The notes beneath the pieces were generated by a model. The model was not told where the DNA came from. It saw nothing but the letters and a program-made list of their open reading frames with translations, and made no database searches. The position numbers were made by a program, and so were the translations under genes. Shown in pieces: positions 39,226-54,162 of a stretch of DNA of 64,000 nucleotides. The DNA is taken from assembly GCF_006345805.1 (NCBI RefSeq), contig NC_043014.1, positions 5,518,001-5,582,000 of the forward strand, given 5' to 3'. The first letter of the stretch is position 1. The number at the start of each line of letters is the position of its first letter. The stretch is from Octopus sinensis (lineage: Eukaryota).

Positions 39226-40496
39226 TATGTGTGAGTGTGTGCGTGTGCGTGTGTGTATGTGTGTGTGTGAGGCGAGATGAAAAAACAAAAAAAATATATA
39301 TGTGTGTGTTAGTGTGTGCGTCTGTGTGTAGGCGTGTGGGGTAGGGCGAGACTAGTGGTCAGCTAGCAGACGAGGTCAGTAGTGAGAAAAAGAAGGAAGG
39401 AGGAAGGGAGGTCAGTAGTAAGAAAAAGAAGGAAGGAGGAAGGGAGGGAGGGGAAGGGGTGGGAACGTATGTAGCGTGCCAGCGTGTGTTGAGTAGTAGT
39501 GTGTGTGTCCAGTGTCGTGGTGGTATTAATGGCGAGTAGATTGAATGTGTGTAAGAGTGATGGATATATATAGGCAAGGTGTGTATATGTGTGCGCGTGT
39601 GTGTAACGAAAAAAGGGGGGGGTTTAAGGAAAAAGGACTCCAGCTGAGGGGAAGATGGAAGAGAGGTACCGCGGAGACAGGCGTGGGAAAACCCAACGAC
39701 ACGCGACGGTCCCAGGAACGGGCGGGAGGTCTCGTCAGGTCGAAGGGCGAGGTGTATGCGGCGCGTATGCAGCGCGAGCCGGCGCAAGTGCGTGTGTGGG
39801 CGTGCCTGCGAGTATGCGCGTAAGTATGTATGTGTGTGGATGTGTGAGTGTGTCTGTGTGTATGTCTGGGTGGCAGTGTGTCCGATGAATGTATGTGAGT
39901 ATGTGTGTATGTATGTGTGTGCATAGATGTATGTCCGTGTGTGTGTGTGTGTGTGTATGTGTGTGAGTGTGTATGTATGTACGTGTGGGTGTGGGGAAGT
40001 GTGTGTATGTGCATGTGTGTGCGCGTACATACAGGTGTGTGAGTGAGTGTGTGTGTGTGTATGTATGTGTGAGTGTGTATGTATGTGTGTGTCGGATGCA
40101 TGTATGTGTATGGGTGTATGCATGCGTGTGTGTATGTATGTATGTGTACGTGCGTGTGTGTGTGTGTATGCGTGTAGGTGTGCGCGTGTGCATGCATGCA
40201 TGCATGTGCGTATGTGTGTGTGTGTGTGCATGTGTGTGGGTATATATGTATGTGCGTATATGTGTGTGTATGTGCGTACATGTGTGTGTGTGTGTATGCA
40301 TGTGTGTGTATGTAGGTGTGTAGGCGTGTGTGTATAGGTGTATGTATGTAAGTATGTGTGGGTGTGTCCGTGTATGTGTGTGTATGTATGTGTGTGTATG
40401 TAGGTGTGTGGGCGTGTGTATATGTGTGTGTATGTAGGTGTGTGGGCGTGTGTATATAGGTGTATGTGTGTATGTCTGGGTGTGTCCGTGCATGTT

Positions 40497-40535
<39 letters not shown>

Positions 40536-40671
40536 GCGTGTGTGTGTGTTTGTGTATATATATATACATATCTATATATGTATATATGTATTTATGTATA
40601 TATATTTATTCATACATACACATACACACGTGTCTTTTGTTTTCTGTAACTTTGAAATCTCGCTCTCATTC

Positions 40672-40704
<33 letters not shown>

Positions 40705-40711
40705 ATATATA

Positions 40712-40775
<64 letters not shown>

Positions 40776-40878
40776 CATCTATCTATCTATCTATCTATTT
40801 ATCTCTCTATCTATCTATGTATATATCTATCTATGTATTTATCTACCTATTTATCAATCCATCTAGCTACGTATCGAT

Positions 40879-40975
<97 letters not shown>

Positions 40976-41445
40976 CATCTATGAACGCATTCATTCAGCT
41001 TCCATATAGGACAGAAGATTCTTACCGTGCAGCCAGGCCTGCACCTACAGGGATCGATCCCATGCCGGCAATCGAACCCTGAAGGACTGAAAGACAGCTA
41101 GGAATTATATGTGTGTACATATAATATATACACACACAATTGTTATATATTTCAGCCAGTATAGGCCCAGGCTATGTATAACTTAATAGCACCAACTGGT
41201 GAAGCAGTTTATAATCATATTCCCATCTCAGTCATAATACTTTTTATGTTGGAGACATATCCGGGTGTTGGAGGTTGGTCGAAGTGTTTTAGGGGAAAAT
41301 TTTGTCCCTAGAAATTTTGAATTTTATGGAATCTGTTTTCAGTTTAATGTATTCTGCTATAATATTAAAGAGAGCTGGACCGGTTGAGGTAAAGTAGTCG
41401 TGTCATATACACATATACATACATATATACATATATGTATAGATG

Positions 41446-41502
<57 letters not shown>

Positions 41503-41556
41503 AAATATATACATATATATATATATTTATATATATATATATATATGAAAAATGTA

Positions 41557-41624
<68 letters not shown>

Positions 41625-41915
41625 CATACGCATACATAGAAATATATATATAATTATGTCTCGTATATATATCTACTAACATATCAATGGATGGATAATT
41701 TTTAATGTGTTTAGAGAGATGGAAAAAATAGAACTATTGATCATTTGATAAATAGGTATATTGATATATTTGTATGCATATGTATATATATATATGTATA
41801 TATATATATAGTTATCTGTAATAATTTAGGGTGAAATTAATTAATTTGGAGAAATCATCAATTTCACCAAGTAGATTTCGGCATGTAAAAGCCCCGTTCG
41901 AGGAAAGTTTAAGTA

Positions 41916-42313
41916 ATACTAAGTAATTAAGGGTTTAGCAACGATTTGCCTCACCACACACCGAATTTAGAAATAGCAGTCAAAGTGTTATAGCTATTGT
42001 TTCAACTGAAAGGGAGATCTCAGTAAAACCACAGCACTTGAAAGGTAAACACAGACAGGCAAGAGAGAAAGAGATGACGACAATCGATCATACAATATTA
42101 AGTCACCTACGGACGTACGTTTCGAAATTAAGTTTTAGGAAAGCATAAGAATTAGATAATCATGTCTTACCCAACTGTCTGTGTTTACCTTTCAAGTGCT
42201 GTGGTTTTACTGAGATCTCCCTTTTAGTAGAAAGAATAGCTATAACTCTTTGACTGCTATTTCTAAATTCGGTGTGTGGTGAGGCAAACCGTTGCTAAAC
42301 GCTTAATTACTTA

Positions 42314-42317
<4 letters not shown>
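41916..42317. repeat. Inverted repeat with 143-bp arms (41916-42058 and 42175-42317) and a 116-nt loop; probably PLE-derived
   Basis: ATACTAAGTAATTAAG...GGTAAACACAGACAG is reverse-complementary to CTGTCTGTGTTTACC...CTTAATTACTTAGTAT, with several mismatches. Confidence 0.8.
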
Positions 42318-42356
<39 letters not shown>

Positions 42357-42377
42357 TAAATATATATATTTATATAT

Positions 42378-42419
<42 letters not shown>

Positions 42420-42426
<7 letters not shown>

Positions 42427-44170
42427 ATAAAACGGTAAGATAACAAAAGAAAGAAAGAGACCTCAATATTATGTAAATAGAGGAAATTTATCTATACAAT
42501 ATGTTACATTACTCGGTAGTCAAGATAAAACTCTGAGTTTCAGATGCCGAAGTGGAAATCCACAACACCATCTCTTCGGTTATCTGGCTATTTGAAAACG
42601 TTATGAAAAATACCGTTAAAAATGAAGGGAAATTACTCTGTTATAACTCTGCTTTGCCTGCGTACTTATACATCGCTCGCATATTTCGTCATAAAAATTA
42701 TATAAAAATACATAAAAATATATAAAAATATATAAAAATATATAAAATCTTCTTGGGACATAACACAGAAAGCATGTTCTATCCGTTTTCTTTAGGGGAC
42801 CAAAAACGTAACAGAAATTTAGTCACATGTGGGCATGATCCGAAAAGCTCTGTCCTTGTATTTAGACATGTGGTAGGGTCTAAGCTGCTTTTCCAGATAA
42901 GCCATCTCTCCATGTCGCATAAACCGCACCTTCCGCTGCCGTTAGTATAGGGCTTACATCTGGCCAAAATCTTCCATTGTATGTTATAATCGACACCTTT
43001 ATCTCTTAAAGACCAAATATGATTGGATAATTGTGTCGCTTTTCTTTTGTTCCAGTGCCTAAAGCTCAAAGTGTGGTTATTGAACCTGGCCTTGAAATTA
43101 CCCTCTGTCAGGCCCACGTATTTCTTCGTCGAAACGGTGTCTTTAGTGGTTATAGAGTTTACGGTAGCTTCATATATGATGGTCTTGGACATGCAAGCTC
43201 CATTTAGCGGGCACAATTCTTTATTCCTGCATGAACAGCTGTTTTCTTCTTGTGTTTTTTGTATGTTATGATTGATTATGTTTTTAAAATTGGTAGTTGA
43301 ACTAAAACTAATTTTTAAATTGTGTCTATTAAAGAGTTTCCTATAAGCATGATAGATAGACATTTTCCAGTTAACCATGCTTATAGGAAACTCTTTAATA
43401 GACACAATTTAAAAATTAGTTTTAGTTCAACTACCAATTTTAAAAACATAATCAATCATAACATACAAAAAACACAAGAAGAAAACAGCTGTTCATGCAG
43501 GAATAAAGAATTGTGCCCGCTAAATGGAGCTTGCATGTCCAAGACCATCATATATGAAGTTACCGTTAACTCTATAACCACTAAAGACACCGTTTCGACG
43601 AAGAAATACGTGGGCCTGACAGAGGGTAATTTCAAGGCCAGGTTCAATAACCACACTTTGAGCTTTAGGCACTGGAACAAAAGAAAAGCGACACAATTAT
43701 CCAATCATATTTGGTCTTTAAGAGATAAAGGTGTCGATTATAACATACAATGGAAGATTTTGGCCAGATGTAAGCCCTATACTAACGGCAGCGGAAGGTG
43801 CGGTTTATGCGACATGGAGAGATGGCTTATCTGGAAAAGCAGCTTAGACCCTACCACATGTCTAAATACAAGGACAGAGCTTTTCGGATCATGCCCACAT
43901 GTGACTAAATTTCTGTTATGTTTTTGGTCCCCTAAAGAAAACGGATAGAACATGCTTTCTGTGTTATGTCCCAAGAAGATTTTATATATTTTTATATATT
44001 TTTATATATTTTTATGTATTTTTATATAATTTTTATGACGAAAAATGCGAGCGATGTATAAGTACGCAGGCAAAGCAGAGTTATAACAGAGTAATTTCCC
44101 TTCATTTTTAACGGTATTTTTTCATAACGTTTTCAAATAGCCAGATAACCGAAGAGATGGTGTTGTGGAT
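42420..44170. mobile_element. Penelope-like element 3' end (GIY-YIG domain plus pLTR) present as a near-perfect palindrome: arms 42558-43351 and 43376-44170
   Basis: Mirror ORFs 42779..43405(-) and 43322..43948(+) encode KTIIYE.TV...KKYVGLTEGNFKARFNNH...CGLC..ERW (GIY-YIG). The 24-nt spacer is native element sequence (DRHFPVN). Confidence 0.88.
42523..42585 (-). ncRNA. Non-canonical hammerhead-like motif in the pLTR of the Penelope-like element
   Basis: AGAUAA-CCGAAGA-GAUG..CAUC-U-GAAA-CUCAGAG-UU-UUAUCU has a 6-bp stem I plus stems II and III. It carries U4C and an extra U before GAAA. Confidence 0.45.
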
Positions 44171-44172
44171 AT

Positions 44173-44373
<201 letters not shown>

Positions 44374-44436
44374 CACATTGGTGGACAGACTGACTGAGAG
44401 TTTGAAACATAAATAAATAAATAGATAGATAGATAA

Positions 44437-44496
<60 letters not shown>

Positions 44497-45016
44497 TTAG
44501 ATAGATAGATAGAGAGATATATAGAAAGATTGATTGATTTGATAGTTTCATTCACGTTATATATTTTGCTTCGTAATTTTGGCTCGTGGTCATAAATGTC
44601 AGGAAGTTGTAGTTCGATTCCTTACAGGCCAGTGATGAACAGGTTCCGAATTCATGGACCTCGAAAGGATAAAGACAAGGCGCGACTACGCGGAATTTGA
44701 TCATTATCTTGAAATATTCAGTATTGTAGATGACAATTATAAAAGCCCCCAGAAAGGTTGTGCGATAGATAGTGTTGCAAAATAGAAAGCAATGAATTTG
44801 TCAATTACTATACGTAGCAAAGACATAGGATTACAAAAATGTAAGTTAGTTTACAAGTCAATAATGAATTGTGTTCCATGTTGTAAGATAGAGATTGACA
44901 TTTCTTGCTGAAATATTTTACGTAGAAAGGCCTTAAATATGTACGTCTGCCGCTTTCGTGTGCATACATAAATGAACATGTATGAATGTATCGCTTCATG
45001 TGTATATTCGAATGTG

Positions 45017-45080
<64 letters not shown>

Positions 45081-48000
45081 GACATACACGCACACATATA
45101 TGTTCGTGTATTTATTTCTGGATGTATTTTTTCTTCTCTAGATTCTGCTCAGAGATGCGTCCATGATGATGCACCATATATACATACATACATACACATA
45201 TACATCCATACATCCATCCATGCATCCATCCATACATACATACATACATACATACATACATACATACATACGTAAGTACATACATACACCCATACAGACA
45301 CACAGACACACACAGACACACATACTGACATACAGACACACACAGAGACGCACAGAAATATAGATACATACACTATGGTCTGTTTCTTCGGATGACGTTT
45401 TCGTGCTTAATTGCCGAAGAATTCCTGGGATGATTTGTTTCCAGAACTCCCTCCGTCAAATTAATGAACAGGTCCAGAAATGTGCTATACGATCAGTTGT
45501 CGATATATTTGCAGTGCAATGTAAATAGTTTTGCTCAAGAACGTACAACCCTCTGTTCGTGAGTTTAAAACCTGAAGCACTAAACCACGTTGAAATATTT
45601 TAGCGTATATAAATATATGCATCTATCCCTATAAGGCAGACTTACATAAACGAGCAAACACGCATTCACATGCGGAAAGATACACACAAACGCATATATA
45701 TCGGCTTGTTGGACCGCGGAATTCCGGACAGATCTCTTTCCGTGATAATAAATATCTTTTCCATTGAAAGAAAAATAAAAGTCTCCAAAACCGTGTATCT
45801 CTCACTATACGTCAACATACACGAAGAACGTGGCAAATACGTTTGGAAAAACGGTTGTTCCAGTTTGTAAATCTACAAGTAGAAGGGTAGATATCCCAGT
45901 ATTCATTGATTTCGCTTTCTGTGTCGAATTGGCACCTGAAGCTCATCAGCAAGTCTTACTACGTAAACTATTTTAAAAAATGTATTTAACTTTCCGTGCT
46001 CGTTTGTTCAGCTGAATGCAACGTCACATCCGAACGAACATTAGCGAGCAAGTATAAATTCAAAATTCAAATAAGTTATCATTATCTTTAAAAAATAATG
46101 ATAAAATGGCCAACGAACATAATCCAAATATGAAAAATATATATGAAATGTCAGGGTAGAGGAAGTAACTATTTGCATGAAAGAAGAATGAAATTCCAAA
46201 ACCACGTATCTCTCAATATATGTAAACACGCACGAAGAATGGTGCAAATACACTCAGAATTTTCAACGTATGTTTGTTCGACATTGTTGATTTCGGAAGT
46301 CGGGGGCCTTCAACTGAATAAAGATACACAGAAAGGTAAATATATTTTTAAAAGTAGGTTACGTAGAAAGCGAAATGAATCGATGCTGGGATATCTACCC
46401 ACCTGTTTGTAGATTTACAAACTGGAAGATTAGGTTTTCTAAATGCATTTGCAACATTCTCCGTGCGTGTTTTCGTTCGTTAGGCTTAATTAACTCTCAT
46501 TGTGATGGGTTTGCTTTTGCCGTATAAAAGCATGAAATAAAGGAGTACCCGATGCACAGAGGAGACAAGAAAGCGGTAAGCCACCAAGATGTAACACAAC
46601 GATGAAAATTTGGTGGAATTAACCATGAAGTTGTCTCCCACATCTTCAAAAGAAGCTGTCCAAAAGTGCCATTATTGTATTGCTTAGCTTCAAATTCTAA
46701 ACATTGATGAATTTTCTGAAAATCTATTTCTATGATGTTATTTCTATTTTTTTACAGAACCGTTTCCTTTCCAAGAAATCTCTGGATGACAAAGCTGTTC
46801 ACACGCCAAGTAAGAACTAATTTTATATCGTGCAAGATAAAAACGTAAAAGAAATGTCCGTGGACGGATTAAATATTATAAAATATTCTGTTTGAATCTC
46901 TTTTAGCTAAATTCATTGAAATGTGTCTCCTCACCTACTGGCTTCTAATTTTTTGCGGGTTCCATTCGTTTTTCATTACTTACCCTATCTGCTCAACGAA
47001 ATACACAACTTTAAATTGCATGCGTAAATTAATTTGAAAATGTAACCCTCCTATGCTATGATATTAACTATGTTTATATGAGTTTATATTCAGGACCACG
47101 TCAATAAATGAAAGCAATTTTGTGTACATGTAAGACTATAATTCGGAAAAAATTATGTAAGAAATATTTTCATTTCAGATCAAATGTTAGTGTAAGCAAT
47201 AAGAAATTGTTGGGTTTACCCTATGTTGTAGTAACAAAAATAATCAATAAAACCATCCACATATTGTTGTTGCTCAGTAATTCTGCGAGTCTGGTGGTTG
47301 TAGAGAAACCAGGCACCTGTCTTTGAGTGCCATTCCAGAGAGAAGCAATTGTTATTAAGATTACCTGTTAGGTTGACAAGCGTAACCAATCTGAACCGAT
47401 GGGTACTATCTGCCTATCTCTTTTCTGGCCTATCCCCAGATCCCTCGCCGGCCGATCCAGTTTGAAGAATTCGTCTTGTGATTCTTTCCAGTGAGATTGA
47501 AATCGTATGTCCGTAGTACCGGAGCTGTCATCTCTCAATGCAGAGAATCAGAATTTCGAACTGGAGACATTTGCTGATCTCTGATTTACCATCGCAGTCG
47601 AATAACGTTGTTCAAGAGATCCCTTGCAATTCGCATAATTTCGGTCGTAGTATTTCAGTCACGAAATTGTAATTTCAACACCAATAGTTAATGTCTTTTA
47701 CCTTCGTGTTCCGTAGTGTTTCTGGTTTAGTGTTCTGTACACTTGCAGGTCCTATACTTAAGAATATTATAGAAATATTTTTAAAGGCAACACTTCTTTC
47801 ATTATAATTAATGATATTCACCTTTCTAATTTAAAAAATGATATTATACAAAATAGCTTTTAAATACAGATATTTTAAAGACAAATGTTAAATTCTCTTT
47901 GCACCTAAAATTAAAAATCAATTAATAGCAGCATATCTGTCACAAATAAATACATTTCTAGAGAATTTTAATTTTGAAATAATGTTATATTCTAATTAAA

Positions 48001-48802
48001 TCATTAACAATTAATTGTTGCAATGCGTGAAATTTATATTTTAATACGATTTTTTTATGTTTATGTTCTAATGCATAAAAACATATAAAAATATGTAATC
48101 GCAAAAATATATTATATAAATGTTTAATATTTTTAGACGTTTTTTTTCCAACGCATTTGTCTCATTGAACGATTTCATTTCTCTTCAAATAATACATTTC
48201 TTCTCTCTAAAACGAATCAATAGATTGAATTCTTATCAAAAAACTTATTACCATTAACCTTTCGTTACTTAAAGCCACATAGCTGATTTTGTAGCAAATA
48301 TTTTTTGACAAAGCTTTCACCATGAGATTCGTTTCATAGAACTCTTTAACCAGCAAAGCGGAGAAAGAAGCGGCTTGCAGCGGCTACCCAAAATCCATTG
48401 AAGCGCTAACTAGAATAAAGTGATCAATGAAATCAGATGATGCATTTCATAACACTAAATATCTTAGAATGACAAAAATATTGTCATTTATTTACAATGA
48501 TTTCACGTATTTTGATCTAGTATTTTATTTAATACGCCAAACTTGAATTAATTTATCTCAAAACATTTAGCTCAAGACTCGATCATCATTGCTAAAGAAC
48601 CGCATTGAATTCGGCTGAGAAGTGAATTAGTGATGAATCATGCAAATCTTTACCATTAACTAAAAGTATACATTCACCCCCAGGCGTGTGGGACTATATC
48701 TCGGGATCAGCTTTACGTTCAGAGGAGAAAGAATTTTCAAACCCTTCGTTTGTTTGTTTGTGTCTTTCTTTCATTCTCTCTTTTTTTCTTTCTTTGCTTC
48801 AT

Positions 48803-48850
<48 letters not shown>

Positions 48851-51800
48851 TTTCTTTCTTTCTTTCTTTCTTTCTGTCTTTCTTTCTTTCTTTCTTTCTC
48901 TCTTTCTTTCTTTCTTTCTTTCATTTTTTACTCATTAAATCCTCAGTCCTAGAAAACCTTCGTTCGTACGTTCGTTTGTTCGTTCCTTTCTACCTCCAAC
49001 GCCTTTTCCTTCCTTCCGTCCTTCATCCCTCCTTTCATTCCTTCCTTCTTTCCTTCCTTCCTCCTTTTCTTCCTTTCTATCTATCTCTCTTTTTGTCTTT
49101 CTTTCTTTTGTTCTACCTTTCTTTCTTTCTTTCCTTCTGTCTTTCTATTTGTCTTTTTTCTTACTTCCTTCCACCACTCCTTCCTTCCTTCCTTCCTTCT
49201 TTCTTTCTTTCTTTCCTTCCTTCCTTCCTTATTTCCTTCCATCCTTTCTTCTTTCTTTCCTTCCTTTCTTCCTTCCTTCCTTTCTCCCTCCTTCCCACTC
49301 TTCCTTCCTTCCGTCCGGCTAGATCTTTCTTTCTTCCTTCCTTCCTTCCTTCCTATCTTCTAATCATTGTCTCCCTAATTCATTAATTCCCAGCCAAGAA
49401 ATTCTCTCCCACATGGTTCACCAATTATTTTCTTTTAAACTACATTGTTACCTTCGCAATTTCGCAGGACCCGTTCCTGGATCCCTGTATACCCGGTGGG
49501 GTAGAACAAAATGTACACGTAATTCAAGTCTGGTATACGATGGTTAGTATATTCTGTTTCTAATCTCTCACTCTATTTCTTTCTCTCTCTCTCTTTCTCT
49601 CTTCTTCTCTCACTTTCCCTCCTTCTTTCTGATCTACACAAACGTTTGTCCTATTATAGTATATCACGTTTTAAACGGCGATTATAGATTCTCTTGAGAT
49701 TACACAAAACTACTTTCTCCGTTGAATTTATTTGGTCATAGCCGAAGTATAAATGCCGTCAAGAATGATCACACGAACAGGATATCATCGAAATTAGCCC
49801 CATGAACCAAACCACAGAATATAGTTACCTAAGGACTGTATGCATTCACTACGCACTATTCCACCACTTAATCACGCTAGTGCCTCATGGTAAGGCAATT
49901 CTGAGCTTTCCGCTCAGAAGACACTATTTTCCACTTCTTCCCCATCAACTTTTCTTTCTTTAAACGTGAGTTGCTTTGCTTTAAAATACGATGGAACAGA
50001 TTTTACCTGTCTATAACCGAACTCTTAACGGTTTCCTTAAAGTTTTCCCCATTCAGCCTAAAATGAACCTTACAATCCTTTCTCCACTCACTTTCCTTAA
50101 GACGTAAAATAACCCCAGTGATGCAGCAATTTAACCCAACGTGACCATAACGCGTATCTTCACGTGACCTGTTCTCGACTAGCCGAGAGTTTTAGCTACT
50201 CTGTGCAGGATGTTCTGTTAAATAACTTTTAACTACCCATCGACTGTCAATACTCTGCACCTCAACGTGTTCTTCTATTTTATATTGGCTAAAAATTCCT
50301 TGCATCGTTCTTTAATTTTATCTCCGTTAAAACTTGAACAAAATCGTCTTTTCCATTTTAGAGGAAATGCGTGACGTAACGGCCTTCCCTTCGCACTCTT
50401 TTGACATCTGCACACAACCATCTACAGCCATGTATCTAGACATATTCATAAATATTACCTACACAAACACGTTGGCGTACACCTACAACATATATACATA
50501 TAAATCATAGACACGTACAGTTCTTAACTCATACACAAACATTCATTGAGCAACACAGCTTACACTCGCATCGATACTAGTTTGTATACACAAAACCTAC
50601 ACACGTAAACATAGTGAATGTTCAAACATATAGACACACGCACACGCGCACACACAGGGACACAAAGTCACACAAACACACACACATAAACTCAATCACA
50701 CACGCACACATACACACACACAGTCGTATGTGTGTCTTTTTATAATCGCCAATTTAAAATTGAAAGTTCCTTTTCAAGGATTTCTTTTAATCCGCGTTTT
50801 TCTTATTTCACTTTACTTAATATTTTATTTATTTGATATGTTCTTACCAATTCTAGGTGTGGTTGGTGGAACAGCGCATAACGCAACAGGCGGCGGAAGT
50901 AATCTCTTGTGTCTACCTAACGACCCCATTTGGGCCAATTACACTGGCGTTTTTGTAGGTGGTGGGAGTCACATATATGGCAGTGAATATCAAACATCAA
51001 ATTCCTATTTGAAAGAACACTTTTCTTTTGCTAACGCTGAATCACTTTCTGATCACAACGTTCCGTGCGCTGTCTGTTATGATGTTACCAGCCAGGACAC
51101 AGTGTTACCCTGGTTGGACAGCTGAGTATTCAGGATATTTGATGTCCAGTTATCACGGACATAAGGGTAGACATGAATATGTGTGTGTGGACTATGCACC
51201 AGAAGCTGATCCAGCAGGTTACAGAAACGAAAATGTAGCTTTATTATATTTTGCGAAGGGAGTTTGTGGTTTATTGCCATGTCCACCGTATGTCTATGGT
51301 CGCGAATTAACCTGCGTTGTGTGCAGTAAATATTGAAGGGAATATAGTTGAATTTGCTTCTCTATGAAAACTTATGTTAACCAATTACAAGACATAATAT
51401 AATATCATAAAACAATATAGACATTTTAAATTCTGTTTGATAATATTTTATCGAAGTTATATAAAACTTTAGAATACTCTGCGCTACTAGTTAACAGAAA
51501 AATATTATAATGGGGAGAAAATCGGCACCAGAGAATGTGAGAATTATGCTTATAGAACATTGCAAAGCGGAGTGAATAATTCTAGATAAACATTGTATAA
51601 GGATCAGTTCATAAAACTAAAATGTGGAAATAAAATTGTATTTCGTTTAACTGTATTTTGTGTTCTGTCTTAAATATCAATAAACCCCATTTGAAGTAAT
51701 ATCATAGAAATATATGATGGTTCCATCATTTTTGAGAGGAATGTAAGTAGTAATCCTCTCACCACCTATTTGGTTTTCACCTGTACCTATACAACCTCGT

Positions 51801-54031
51801 GGCCCCGCCACAAGATTAGTTGACATCCTCATAACCGGAACACGTAACCCTCACACCTTGCACCATTTCCTAAACACTGATGCACAACAATCAGGAATGG
51901 AATCACCTGGGAGTATCGAATACGAATAATTCTCTCACTGAAAAGCAGAAAAATGGTAAATTGGAGCAAAGATTTGCTTTACAACACTTACCACATATAT
52001 AGACAGCAAAAGGACGTAGAAACATAATGAGGCTAAGCAAAGTTACTCTGTGTAAACTGTGTGATATGTTGAGACTGTTACACCACATCCAATAAGAAAC
52101 ATCACTATGTGTTAGTGTAGAATATTCCTTAGATTAAAGAGAAGAAGATGGATATTTGGGAGACACAACGTCTTTCATGCAAGTAAGTGAGTGCCATAAG
52201 CTTGCTATTAAGAAAATGCATGTATTTAGACATTTATAATAGGAATCAACTTTAAATGTATACATGTGTGTGTGCTTAACCCAATGAACCTTTTGCAAAA
52301 TTCAGACTGAGAATCGTAGCTACGTTCGAGTGGCACAGAGTGCGTTCTGTATCAATAAATATTTCTGCGATATGATATTTTAGATGAGCTCAACCGTCTA
52401 TTTATTTGTTTAATACTATTATACACTCGACGTATTTACTCCCGTCCTAACATGGACAAATGGCATGCATCTAATCAAATCTTAAGTTTCCCTGCTGGAA
52501 TGTACACACATGTTCAGACTCGCCCGGCTCCACACACTCTGACAACCGTATTGCTTTTATAGCGAAGTAACTGTTTCGATGTAACATTAAGATAGTTGTA
52601 CTCTCAGAATCGAGGGTCCTGATGACGGCCAGTTAAAAGATATTTGGATACACTTTATAACATGCCGGCTGGAAATATCATCATTGGGTGAGACAAGCTG
52701 ACACTGAATCAGCTTCACTGACTGACAGGTGGCGGTCGTTTAGAGAATGCGCGGGTTAAAACTACGCTCCTTCACTAGTCAGTTAAGGTGAGACTGTTTC
52801 ACGTGACAACTTGCTGGGGTTGCCTGCTGGAGCCTTGCGGCAGGTATTTAAAGGGAAGGATTTGACAAGTCAGTCAGTCATCGGCTGACACTCGCTGACG
52901 ATACATCGAAGAGGCCAGGGAACAGAGGAAAAGAGAAGAAAGAAGACATGCACCCAATACCAGAGCTGAAGACACCTCCGAAAAGGGGGCCACGCCACGT
53001 CAAAACGGTAGAGGAGTAGGGGCCGAAAGCGGACGTGGTTCCTCCGGATGATGCCTTGAGCTGACTGGATACTATAAAGGAGCTGTTGTGGTAGCAGACC
53101 ACGAAACACGGTTGTAATTCCTACAGTGGTAGGCAAATGTACCAAGTTAATGTTTATTTCCCTGATAAACGAAATTTTTGCAGCATTTGGCAGAGCTTCG
53201 TCATAGATTCTTTGGAGTTACTCGGACACTGGGTTTGCAGATTGAAACCTTTTGTGACAATGGTTATTCTTTATGCACCAACACTAGTCAGTGCACGGGA
53301 GATGGGCTGCTCCTGCTATAGCTGTATCATGAGTGATGACTAATATTTGGTTCAACTGAAAGTATAAATAGAAGCATCCACGTTGAAGTCATAAGAACAT
53401 TCTTGATTATGTAATTGTCAACAGAAAAGACCTATCGGATGTAAAGCTGTCCGATTCATGCAGGGCGATGAATTTTGGACAGATGACAGGTTATTTTCTC
53501 CGTTGATTACACTGGCGATCACTGTCCCCCAAAGGCTGAGGTGTGAAGCACGAAGGCATCTTGGTGGGTGGATGCTTCTAAATGAAACTTTCATGCAGCA
53601 CTTAGACATTACAAAGTAGTAGCGAAAGCAGTAAATTCTACACAGAAATCAAGGATAAACAAAGAAAATATAGAAAAGTACAAATCCAAGACAAAACAAA
53701 CATAAACAAACTACATTTATTAGCTACGTTTCACATACAAACTCATTCTACTGCTCGACATTTTCAATTTATTGAGCTAACAACCAGAACTTTAGAACAG
53801 AATCTTGACTGCTAACTGGCAGATTCTATATGTAGATAAGTGTTGAATGATTAGAAAAATGAATATTTATAGCTAAATTTGATATCTGCTGACTGCATGC
53901 ACAGACAGAGAACGTAATTATTCAGTCATTGACCTACATAGAAACAACTCCTGGCTTTTCTGCCACTCGACACATGAAATCTGAGAATATTACTTTGGAT
54001 CTGTCAGTAGATATGTTCACTGAACCGCGCC

Positions 54032-54162
54032 AGCCTTCAGTTTCCGTCTTCCAAATTCACTCACAAGGCGTTGGTCGGCCCCAGGCAATAGAAGAAGATA
54101 CTTGCCCAAGGTGCAATGGAGAGGGACTGAACTCGGAATCAGATGGTTGGGAAGCAAGTTTC
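54032..54162 (-). mobile_element. Degenerate SINE head fragment, paralogous to 14744-14874
   Basis: Near-identical to 14744-14874, with identical flanks. Confidence 0.7.

Noticed and set aside
39690-39760. Minus-strand CTGACGA flanked by short helices in a GC-rich patch
   Set aside because: It lacks GAAA and stem III, so it is not a hammerhead.
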